Below, piece after piece: positions 49,343-59,879 of a DNA stretch of 64,000 nucleotides; the first letter of the stretch is position 1; each line of letters begins with the position of its first letter. Where the stretch lies: NCBI GenBank assembly GCA_003427395.1, contig BFEA01000043.1:4118439-4182438 (forward strand). The letters are read 5' to 3'. The notes below the pieces were generated by a model that made no database searches, had not been told where the DNA came from, and worked only from the letters and a program-made list of their open reading frames with translations. The translations under genes were made by a program, and so were the position numbers. The stretch comes from Chara braunii (taxonomy: Eukaryota > Plantae > Charophyceae).

Positions 49343-52300
49343 GGTGAGCCCGGACGTGGCTACGTTGTGGCTGCTGACTAATGATTGTCGAAACAAGCGT
49401 AAGGGGGTGGGCTTATTGCCAGGTAAATCCTCTATTCTATCTAATGACGGTCAGGTACATGATGATGCGTCTTTCTCCTCGGTCCTTCCTGTTATTTCTA
49501 CTTCGACCTCTCTTGGCTCCTCTTCCCCTCTCGCCTCGTCTCTGCCATGCAAATTCCTCTCTTCTATGGTCCCAACCCTCCTTGATGATTCAATTCGTTT
49601 CTTGTGTGATAAAGCCTTTAATGGTTATTTTCGGTTACTAGTGATTGGACTTATTCTGAAAGGGCAGGTACCTTGGGCTGATAAGATTAAGGACTATATA
49701 CTGAATCTGTTGGGGAGTGGCTATGATTTTGAAAGTTGTGAGGGACCCTTGGTGTACGTCCTCGTTTCTCCCTGGTCACGACACATGTATGTGGGGTCTA
49801 CTACGCGGGATCTGCCGGTAAGATGGGGTGAGCACGTATACAGGGCACTGAGCCAAGGTAATGTCGAAGGAGGGCACCGTAATCATAAGCTGTACACGTG
49901 GCTGAGACGAGGGCGGGTTGGGGACTATGTGGCGTTACCACTGTTTCGATGTGATTTGGCTGATGTTCTTCATTTGGAGGGTTACATCATTAAGCTGTTG
50001 TGTCCTTATCTCAACAGTCGTGAGGGGATTGGGAGGAAGAAGTGGTGTCGGAAGGGTAAGTGGGAAAGGTTAAGATTGAAAAAGAAGGAGGCGGCTAATT
50101 TGGGATCTGGGGTCTCACGAACTCATTTGATTTTCCACCCTACCATTGGCAATAGATCTGCCCGACTGTCCGTTATTCTAGATCAATGCCTTTTTGTGCC
50201 CATTTCGTCGGTGGGTATTGTGTGCTCTGGGGGAGATCTATTTGCAGAGAACTGGAAGGTACTGAGAAGGAGGTTTGGTTCTTCCTTCATTACGGTAAAT
50301 GGGCACACGGAGATTTTGAAGAAAGGGAAAGGGATGTTCAGATTTGACAAATATGTCTACGTCTCTATGATTGTCCCCTTCATGTGTAAGTCTCTGATTC
50401 TGAAGCCATCTTTGGCTGCCTTGCTGTCAAATTCTGTCTCTAGAAAGGAGTTAAAAACATGGGACTTCTCCGTTCTTGTTCGTGCTTTCTCAACTATCCG
50501 ATGTTTTGCAGAGAAACGGAGTTGCTTTCTTCTCAGGTTGATCCTATCTGGGGTGATTAAGCGAAGGTTTGGCTGTAATATTAGACGACGCTTGGTGGTG
50601 AAGGTTACGTATGATATGACTCTGAGCAAGCCTGGAATTCGATCCCTTTGCTCTCGATTGGTCATGAGTGTTGAGGGTAATGAGGAATGAAAGAAGATGG
50701 TGGTACGGAGGATGAGAATTGTTTGGAAGAAGAACAAAAGTGTGGGGGATATTCTATTTAATTTTAGGGAATTTGCTCGGGGCAGTGATGTCTTGTGTGC
50801 ATGTCCTACCATGACAAATGGATTCCCTCAGGTTAATGGTCATATTTGCTTCCGTTTGAACGAATTTGCTAAGGCACCGTCTTGGCTGCGAAATAACAGG
50901 AACGTGGCTCGACCCTCTCAGTTGAATGTGATTGGCCGTTTGAAGAAAGAGATTGGTCGTTCTTTTGAGGGAATGGATTTTCCAAGTCCCACGCTGCGGA
51001 GAAGGGATATGGTCGATTGCACGAAGGTAACACGGGAGGATGGCCTGACTTGCTGCTCTGAGGATGATGTGGTTCGTTGGAAGTTGTTACTAAAGGATCT
51101 GGTAAGAGTACGAATCGACCACAACCCAGGGGACACATTGGTGTGCTGCCCAGTGCGATACCGTGAAGGTATGAATACTCTTTTTCTGAAGAATCTTGGT
51201 TTCAGTGTTTGTGAGGAAGGAGAGCGATCTCTGCTATGCGAGGCCAAGGAAGAGTACATGCGGCGAGGGTTATCTCGATTAGCTAAATGAGATTCTACGG
51301 GGGAACTGGGAAAAGCTTACGCCATTCCTAAATACAAAGATTTTCAAAGATGGCGTCCTATTTGTCCCTCATTCTCGGAGTGCAATGTTCATGCCTGCAG
51401 GAAAGTCTCCCGTTGTGTCAATATGATGATATCGAGTTTACCTCGGCGTTCAAATTTCAACTTAAAATGTACTGATATGTTGGTGGAATCGTTGGTTGAG
51501 GTTAACAAGGATCTGGGGAGAAATGAGGGGTTACTCACAACAGCCTTTGACATCAAAGAAATGTTCTACAATCTTCCACACGGCTCTATCTTGAAGACAC
51601 TCAGTTGGATTATAAATTTATGGGAAGGACGGGGAGTGAGAAGTATGTTGTTGAAGAACCGAGGAAAGGAGGGTAAACTACAAACTGGCAATAAGCAGGA
51701 GAGATGGCAGAAGGTTGACTTCGACCTCATCAGAGTCTTTGTGGGTTTTGATCTGGATCGTACCTACACTTCTGCGTGTGACCGGGTTTTGAAACAGAAC
51801 GTGGGGATACCGATGGGCAAACCCTCCAGTCCAGTCATTGCATGTCTTCTATGTGCTTTCGCTGAATTCTCCTTTTTGGTGTCTTTGGGTTATGACCGAC
51901 GTCTCATTCACGGTATTCGCTTGATTGATGACATGTCAGTTTTTGTCTGATATCTGAAGGACGATGAAGGCTCCAAGGCGAGGGCGGTTGACATACTTAG
52001 GAGTTTTTAGGCTTGCTATGACTGCAATTTGAAGCTGGAATGCACAAGCAGATTAGATGAATGGGATTTCCTGGGATGCACTCTCAGCAACTTGGGATGA
52101 CCCATGGGGGTTAGATGTGCTCCTTTTCATAAGAACCAGAGGGTCATTTTGTCAGAAGGTATCTGCTTTCAAAGCATGCAGGACAATTGTTCTTTCGTGA
52201 GCAAGCAACAAAAGATTGTTGTGGTGGGATCTTTGATGCATCGGGCAAAAAAGTTCACGAGTATACCCTTGGCGGAAGCTAGTTTTCTCCTGAAATTAAA

Positions 52301-52433
52301 GGTTGAACTGAGAATGCGAGATTTCAAGGACGAGATTTTTTATCAAGCTCTGACCAATTTCTCTCTCAAGTTTGGTGGCGCTTGGGATGATTGGGTTGAT
52401 TGCCTTACACTATGGGACCGCCTCTTCAAGTAA
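49278..52433 (+). pseudogene. PLE ORF2: GIY-YIG endonuclease followed by Penelope-type reverse transcriptase; in-frame stops
   Basis: LVYVLVSPWSRHMYVGSTTRDLPVRWGEH ... LEGYII..LCPYLN (GIY-YIG). WRPI, AFDIKEMFYNLPH, KQNVGIPMGKPSSPVIACL, IRLIDD, WDFLG (RT). One frame throughout. Confidence 0.9.
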
Positions 52434-53153
52434 TTAGCTTCTAGGGGGCACCTGAACTGACTCTGTTTTCTTCCTTTCTGAGGGGCTTGTGATGATCCTG
52501 AGTACTAGGGGCCACCTGTTTTCATCTCTCTCCACTGTCAGATGTGTTTTTTCTTTTTTCTTTTTTCTAGGGTCTATTGCTGTTTCGAACCAGCGATCTT
52601 AGTTTCCTTTTTCTGAGCTGGAATGGTAGGGTTAACCCGTTTTTTGTGTTTGTTTTTTTCTTTTTTGGGTTTTTGCTGGCTCGAACCTGAGATCTCAATC
52701 TATTCTCCCTCTTTCTCGTAATTCAGTCGGTGAAGGTTCTCGACCTCAAGACCTCTGTCTGATGCTCTGGGTTTCTTTCACCTGGGTTCGAACGTATGCA
52801 CTTTTGGCTATCTGTCGGTTTCTAGGGTCTTCGCACTTTTGGCTATCTATCGGTTTCTAGGGTCTTCGCTTTTGGCCCGATAGACGTTTCCTCTCAAGGT
52901 TACCTTCTTGGGCTCGAACTAGCCGCCTGTCGGGGCCTTTCTTGTTAGTGGTCTATATGGGTGCACGACTTCTAGAGGTTACTTTCGGACATTCTGACTC
53001 AGCTCCTGGCTAGTTTTTTCGTCTAGTTTCTTTCAGATGGCTACGTTTCCTAAGGTCTTCGAAGTTTCTGATCCTACCTTTGTGTCTATCGGTTGTCGAT
53101 GTTTTCTTTAAATTGATTGCTTGATACGTTAGTTGGCAACTTGTAGTGACGAA

Positions 53154-53207
53154 GACCCCTGACGATTCCGGTGCGGCGACCGGATGAAACGTAGGGTTAC
53201 ACGCCGT
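53154..53207 (+). ncRNA. Minimal type I hammerhead ribozyme (PLE type) with putative loop II pseudoknot
   Basis: GACCC-CTGACGA-TTCCGGT gcggcg ACCGGAT-GAAAC-GTA|GGGTT. Loop GCGGCG is complementary to downstream CGCCGT (53202-53207). Confidence 0.88.
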
Positions 53208-54974
53208 CATGTCCGGCATAGATGTTGATGAGGTCCGGCTTGATGCCTGCATACGTGCTGGACACTTGGAGCTGAGCTATGTTGACCAAATTTTTTTGAA
53301 GCTCATTGGGTCGCGTTCGGGAAGACTCTGACGTGTCACTTTCGATTTCTCTTCTTCCGCTTCATCTGATTATTTCCTTCCTACTTCTCTTCTATCTGTC
53401 TCTCGTCTGTTTTTCTCTCATCCTTTGACTTTATTGTGACATGTGGTCTTCATCTTGGGTGGATAGGCCATGTTGGCCGAATGTTGTTTGTTAATTCGGA
53501 TTGATTTGCTGGTTATGCTAAATAGGCCGCTGACGGCCGACGTCTGATATCCGTGGCTAACAATGATGCTTGTGTGATGTGTTTTACGCCTTGCATACTT
53601 ACCTTAGTCATTGCAAAGAACCTTGCATCCATTGCTCCTTCCATATTATGTTTAGAAAGTTTACCCCGGATCCTGACTCCTTGCCACCTGTGTTCCATGT
53701 GATTCATGAGTTGGTCTTCTAAAGTCTGGATGGTCTTAGCTAGCTCCGCTTGCTGTTCAAGGTCGTTGGTTTCATCTTCCTGTGATTGCAGTTGTCGTAG
53801 TTGATGTTGTAGCTTTACCTCCTCGGCGTGTCGACGCGCCGTGAGTAACTTTGAGTACTCATTGCACTTGCGGCTCAAAAAAACAAGACCGTTGTTGACC
53901 CACAATATATCATTGTTGACCTGGCCTCCGAGTCTCTGTGTTTTTCAGAAGGACTACACATCATTTAGATAGATAATGAAACGATCGTTGGATAAGAGGG
54001 ATGTATTGAGTTTCTAAAAGTCCCTCCCTTGATCAGGTTTTCTCCTGAACGAGAAGGTGGCGAGACATAGCGCGTGGTCCAGACCCGGGTGGGGGCTGCT
54101 GGGGAATATCTCTGACATTTGAAGGGCCCCTTGTAATTCTTCTGAAATTAAGATAAAATCTATGCGTGACTTCGATGCTCTCTCCGTGGTGTTCTTACGA
54201 TAACACGTAAAACGGCGCGCATTGGGGTAGCTCCTTCGAAAGGTATCGAAGAGGTTGAGAGATTGTGAACGTTTCGTGAGTATTCTCTCGTCATTTTCCA
54301 TGTAACTTGGGCAGGGTGATGGGGTTTTCCATCTATCCAACCACCGGTCCAGAGCCGCATTGAAGTCCCCCACCAAAATCGTGGGGATGCCAACCGGTAG
54401 TTTGTCCTTTAAAGACTCAAAGAAGGTTTGTCTTGCCGCCGGGTAGTTGGGGGCATAAATATTCAGGATGCTTACCACTTCCAATTCCAACATTGCAAGT
54501 AAATAGACCCATCTGCCTTCTTCCTGGTATGCTGCCCAGTTGAGCATCTCCACTTTTGATCCAGGCGGGAGTCATATGGCGACTCCACCACTTCCGGGCC
54601 GTGGGGCGTGGGCGCAGAAGACCTGATGTGACCAGATCTCTTTGTGTGTGTGATTCTGTTCTGGACTGTTCATGAGGTGGGTTTCTTGCAGGCATACGAC
54701 ATCCAGCCAGTCTCTCCCTTCTACTCCTTTTAACTGGTCAAAAATTGCTTGTCTTTTAGGGAACTTTGCTGAGGCAAGTCTGTTTACATTGAGTGAGCGC
54801 AGGTTGAGGTCCACTTGCCGTTTACAAAGTTTCAAGGTTTTATCCTTGCCGTATAGTGCGTCTAATATATTCATTCTTTTGTTATCCAGTTGTCTTTGTA
54901 TGCATTTTTGTCTCGCACGATTTGATGTTTTTTTTTTTTTTTTTTTTTTTTTATTTATTTTTACAGGGAGAGTC

Positions 54975-57900
54975 ACTTCTCAGTGTTCAGGATGCTGCCT
55001 TTTTGCAGTATGTCCTTCCTGAGTAGTTTCACCAAGAAGGCCTCAATCTCCGTTGCTGACCAGAGGTCGTCGAGTTTGATCTTTAAGATCTGTAGATCCA
55101 AAAGGGTCTCCCTATCCAACTAGCGCAACTCTTCCGTTCTCGAGTGGTTATAGCGCAAGTAGATGTCCCTGGTTCCAAATTTGTTATGTCCATGAGAGAT
55201 CACCAGGGCGGAGGAGGCTCCTCCCGGGAGATGGCCCTGAATCAATTGGGTAATCTCCTGCTTTCGAAGGACGGCCCAGAACGTTAATGAGAGGAAGAAA
55301 GATGAACGCCGTTGGAGGGAAACTTCCCCATGCCCCATCTTTTCACCTTACTGGAAGGAAAGCTATGCCCTTATCTGAGGGCGCTACGAGGGGGGCTTTC
55401 TCTAGCAGCTGGCGCATTTTTTGTCTTCTGCTGGTGAGGGCAGCCTCCGGAGGTTTTGGTGGGGGAGGGGGTTCGTGGGAGTCAGGCAGTGGCCTTGGTG
55501 CAGCAGGGTCCCAGACTGTCAGCGCCAGACAAAGTCCTTCTGGCGAGTCCGCGTCCCTAGTTTGAGGGGTTGGGTCCTGGTTCTAATTGGTCTCCCTTTC
55601 TTCAACCGTTCTTTCTGACTCGTCTGACTGTCTACATTGTTGTTCTTCCTTCTCTAGTCTCGCACTCTGTTTCTCATTTTCGTCTCTTTGTTGTTGTTCC
55701 TCGTCTTGGCCGTCTGGTGTACCCGGCTGGTCCGTTCGTTCTTCAACAGTTGTGTGGTTGTGCATATCTGTTTGTACTCTCTCCTCAGCTGTGTGATTGT
55801 TGGGCTGTGAGGGCCTTAGGTGAGTATCTGAACGTTTTTTTGGCATATATCTGTGTGGACGTCCTTTTCCCCAGGGGCCTGTTCAGGAGTAAGGGGGTGG
55901 AAACGAGTGAGTACGATGTGTAACAGTTTGTGACAGATATCCGACCAACATACCCCCTCAGGCAGACTTGTGCTACTTTCCAATAGGGGCACCAGGTCTC
56001 TATAAACCTCATCCCAGAATTCCTCGTTTTTGTTTCCATATTTGAGGCGGAGGTTTTCCATCAGCCATTCCGCTACTTCGTGCAGGGCCACCCCCCGTGT
56101 ATTGTTGTCTTTCCCAGCCTTTGTTGCTGCTGCGTGAGCAGTTTGGGTGACTTCTGGCTCCTGAGCCTCCGCCATATCCACATCTGGTGGAGGGGGAGCT
56201 CCAGGAACAGTTTCAATTTCCATTGGCTCAGGGCCGAAGGCATCCTTGAACAGATCTTTTGGGTTGTGGGCCTCTAGTGTTTCGGTTCCTTGAGGTGCAT
56301 GCCTCTTTTCTATGGATTGTCGGGGTGTGTCTCCTCCATCAGATGTTTTACTCTTGAGACTCGGACCCTCCTGTTGCCCTTTGTGTGTTAATATCTTCCC
56401 AGTTGGCAGGTAGCGCATTGCTGGTGGGCCTCAAGCCTGATGCTTTTGTTTCTCTTAGGGCTGATCGGGTTGCCGTTTTATTTGCTTCTCTCTCTCTTGC
56501 GAGGGCGACATCTTGGGGTGTAGCCTTTCGATTTCCAGGGGCCTTTTGGGTTGCAGGGTTTTCGCCGGAGCTTTAAGTGTTTTCATTGGGGGCGGGGTCT
56601 AGTCGTTTGGAGGTCCGGTGGTCCAACAGGGGTCTCCTCGCCCTTCCCAGGTCCAACCCTTAGCCTGCCCAACAGGGTCTAGGTCCTCCAGGAATACCCA
56701 TCCCTCGTGGCCCTTATCCACTGCATGCCATCTATTGGGTCTACGTGGGTCTCGCCGGAGCCGGCCTGCCATTGGGTCCCTCTTGTTGGGGTGGAGGGGA
56801 CAGGCAGATTTTGTGCTCAGGTGGCCGTAGGTTCTACATTTAAAGCACCACGGTTGGAACTTGTGTGCAGTGTTAATCTGAAAGACTCTGCCTCCCATTT
56901 TGTACGGGATGATGTCATCTATCGAGAAAGGTTGATCTTTTGGGAGATCCAGTGCTAACATCAAATAGTTATCACGTTTTGCAACGTAGGACGGGAGCGG
57001 GTCAATAAAGTCCACTATGTCATACTGCTGCCCGAAGTCGTAGACGAAGGCAGCCTGCACCTCCATCGGGATATGTCTCAGTTCCACCTTGAAGTAGTCC
57101 TTCATTAGTTGTTCTCTCTTTTCCTCCGGGCTCACCTTTTTGGGTTGCCAAGGGTAGATGCGCACTTCCGATCTCTCCCATTTTATTTTCTTCCACCCGT
57201 CCATCTTCTGTTTGTCTTCCGTGAAGAGACTGAGGATTGTGAAGACTGTGGAGGAGAAGGGCTGAATTAGGAAGAATTCTTGCACCGCCTCTGGATTACC
57301 TTTCATCTCCTCCAGCCATTTGCGTATCCATTTGACTTTGTCGTGGACCGATTTATGTACGACGTCACCCTGGAAGAGCCAGTTGCTAGCGTGTTTGATG
57401 TAGGCCTTATCTCTTACCTCCAGTTTATCGGCAGGGTATGTTTTCATCACTGTCTTTCTCCCTCCTTGATCCACCACTTGATTTTCTGAGGGAAGGAGAA
57501 AGAGGGTTAGAAAATATGCCCTCGCCGAAGAAAGGTTGCGGAGGGGTACTTTTAGGGTCTCTACCATTCCTTGTTGCGTGCCCTGGGCGTCACGTTTAAT
57601 GTCAAGGGATTTTTCTTGAATTGTGTTTCTGACTCGTTGCGCCCATGAGGGCCTTAAACCCCCTTCTTTTCCCCCCCGTTCCATCCCAGCGGTCTGTTTT
57701 TGTTTGCCTTGTGCTGAGTTTTTCTTCTCTTCCGTCAGCATTTCTTCGTCTTCCTCTTCCTCGCTTCCACTTTCTTCCTCCATCTCCACCTCTTCACCTC
57801 CCTCCATCCCCTTCGTCCCTATCTTTCGTTCTTGTTCCGAGGGAGATGTTTGTGATGATGACCCGACACCCCCCCGCAGTCCTTCAGAGATAGGCGGTGT

Positions 57901-58122
57901 CTTTCCGCGAGTTGTGGCTTCGGCCAGGCTCGGTCACTGCTGCTGATACGTCTGATCCAGTTCCGGGTGTGGGAGGCGACCCAGTCGGGGGAGGGGAGTT
58001 CTTCCGGTCACCGGCCTTCCATAGGGGGATGTCGTTGACTGCCTGCTAGGGTTGTGCCGCATGGCCCCTCGGTAAAAAACGAGGGACCTCGACCCCCGCA
58101 TTCTTTGATTGCCTAGCTCCAT
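54975..58122 (-). pseudogene. LINE E ORF1 (acidic N-terminus, RRM-like region, zinc knuckle, long low-complexity C-terminus), interrupted
   Basis: ORF 56599-57807 has VRIYPW, FKVELRHIP and CFKCRTYGHLSTKSAC. Further fragments run down to about 54975. Confidence 0.75.
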
Positions 58123-58399
58123 CGCGCGACTTTTTTACCTCGCCCAGGTGTTATATGTGAATTCGTTTGAGGCAATTGAGTATTACTTCTCTTTTTGAAA
58201 CTATTATTGTTATTTTATTTATATATATATATGTATATTTTCTTCTTTCTTATTCTTTTTTTTTTCTTTTTTTTTTGAGAAACTTAGTGTTCTTTCCAAG
58301 AATAGCTCTTGCTGGCTCAGGGGTGCCCGGGGGTGGGGATGGCAGGTAGGGGAAAGAGGAAAACACTCGGGGAGATTTACTGGCGCACTTGACTGTTTT

Positions 58400-59520
58400 G
58401 TGTCGTTGCTGCTTATCCTCCTTCATTCCTCCTCGCTGCTTATCCTCCTTCGTTCTGTGTATGTTTTTTCTCCGGTCTCCAGCTCGTCCTTCCTCCTTCT
58501 TTCTCCTCGCTACTTATCCTCCTTTGTTCCTTATGTATTAATCCTCCGGTCTCCAGCTCGTCATTCCTGATTTGTGTCTTTTTCAAGAGTGTACAACGCC
58601 GCCCCTCCCTACCCCTTGTCGTTGTGGTTGATGTTCGTCATCCCCGACGCCGCCCCTCCCTACCCCTCGTCCGCCAATTAGTTCTCGCCCTTCTCTTTCT
58701 ATTTCGTGTCGAGTTCCCGCCAGTCGACCTCCTTCCACCTGCCTCCCTGCGTGTCGCCAAATAGGGTCGAAGTTGATACTCTCCTTTCCCCGTCGATCAC
58801 GTGATAGTATCACAGCGGGGCTTCCTTCTTTTCCTGCGGACTTGCCTGTTTCGTGCCTTGCCGCTTGTGAGCGATGCTCGTTTTCCCCGTCAGCCGATCA
58901 GTCCTCCCCCGTCTCCTTCAGTCCCGTGGCGACCTCCTTCCTCCTGCCCTATCTACTTCCGGGATGATTCTCGCCTTTCCTTGTCGACCATGTGACGGTA
59001 GTGCAGCAGGGCTCCTCTTCTTTCCCGTTTCTTGCCCTCCTTCGTTTCGCCTTCCTCACCTCTTTTCTTCTGCCTCGTGTCCAGGGCGCAGTACGCGCCT
59101 CACTTACCTGTCCTTCCTCGCATTAGTCACCACCCCCCCTTCCTCCTACTACCCTCCGTCATTGATCTTCTCCGCCCCCCCCTTGCGTGTACGTCGCCAC
59201 CCTCACACCTCCCCCCCCTATCTACCCTTACTATAGTCGCCAGTCTCACAACTTCAACCCCCTATCTGCCCTTAGTATGGCCGAAGATGCTTCTCGCCAT
59301 ACCCCGTCGACCGCGTGCCGATAGTGCGGCGGGGCTTCTTTCTTTCCCGCAGATCTGGTTGTTTCGTATCTTGACACTGTGAGCGGTGCACGTCTTCACC
59401 GTCTGCCGATCAGCCCCTACCCTTAATACGGTCAAGGATGTTTGTTTTCTACCCTCCTTCGTTTCGCCTTCTTCCGCCTCGTGACCACCGCGTCGTACAC
59501 CCACCTGACCCTTCTCGCCG
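58400..59520 (-). repeat. Diverged tandem monomer-like repeats in the LINE E 5' UTR
   Basis: The CCCCGTCGA.C.CGTG...TAGT..CAGCGGGGCT.C.TCTTT unit occurs at about 58780, 58970 and 59293. Short GCTTATCCTCCTT repeats at 58411-58524. Confidence 0.6.
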
Positions 59521-59689
59521 TAGACTGCACCCCTCCTTCCTCCGATTAGCCCTCCGTAGTGCTCCTTACCTTGATGCTCCCCCGTTCCTCACCTTGTGAT
59601 TCCGGACGCCCTGCCGAGACGATTACTCCAGATGTTTCAGCTCCCATGCCGTGTGAATTGCCCTCTCACACTTCGGCCACTCCACTTCT

Positions 59690-59853
59690 TCTCCGCCAAT
59701 GTCGGCCCGAGATGCCACGTGTCGACAACGTGGCGGCTGCGGAGTTCCACGTGGAACCCCCTTACGGGGGATCAGGCCACTAAACACGTCAGCCCGTGAC
59801 GCGGTGTGGCCTAGCGCCGATGTGTGACCGCGCGTGCGCTAAGCGCCTCCCCC
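59690..59853 (-). promoter_or_regulatory. Putative internal Pol II promoter of LINE E with G-box/ACGT and CCAAT motifs
   Basis: CpG-rich 5' terminus. CACGTG at 59716 and 59748, TGACGTG (minus) at 59785-59791, CCAAT at 59696. Confidence 0.45.
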
Positions 59854-59879
59854 GTAGTTTTGCAATTCTGTTGTTGCTT

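Larger units (their letters stand above)
47699..53605 (+). mobile_element. Penelope-like retroelement with N-terminal GIY-YIG (Chlamys/Naiad architecture), two ORFs, 3' hammerhead
   Basis: Interrupts LINE E cleanly with CCTT duplicated (47695-47698 and 53602-53605). ORF1, GIY-YIG-RT ORF2, and a hammerhead at 53154-53207. Confidence 0.9.
44346..54870 (-). pseudogene. LINE E ORF2 (APE-RT-C-terminal Cys/His), split by the PLE at FAMTK|AKTGR
   Basis: LNLRSLNVNRL, VCLQETHL, VGDFN, SRIDFIL, KTPGLDGLP, YRPITLL, FADDL, ETIEHIFLQCP. Several stops and frameshifts. Confidence 0.92.
43983..59853 (-). mobile_element. Full-length L1/Tx1 LINE E (about 10 kb excluding the 5.9-kb nested PLE)
   Basis: 16-bp TSD GTAGTTTTGCAATTCT (43967-43982 and 59854-59869). 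5' end GGGGGAGGCGC, ORF1, ORF2, YAATC motif (44176-44221), module A (44022-44127), poly(A). Confidence 0.93.

Noticed and set aside
49339-49460. ATGA stop-start overlap plus splice-like sites (GTGAGC, CCAG|GTAAAT, TCAG|GTAC) as a route to ORF2 expression
   Set aside because: Splicing from 49344 to either acceptor does not put the ATG in the ORF2 frame.
50688-52100. TGA codons in PLE ORF2 as selenocysteine (as reported for some Naiad PLEs)
   Set aside because: The TGAs fall where Trp or Arg is more plausible (EE*KK, AK*DS, FV*YL), a TAG is also in frame, and I could not identify a SECIS. Ordinary decay is simpler.
53222-53280. Second hammerhead (TTGATGA-G-GTCCGGC...GCTGGAC)
   Set aside because: No GAAA/NUH half and no stem I.
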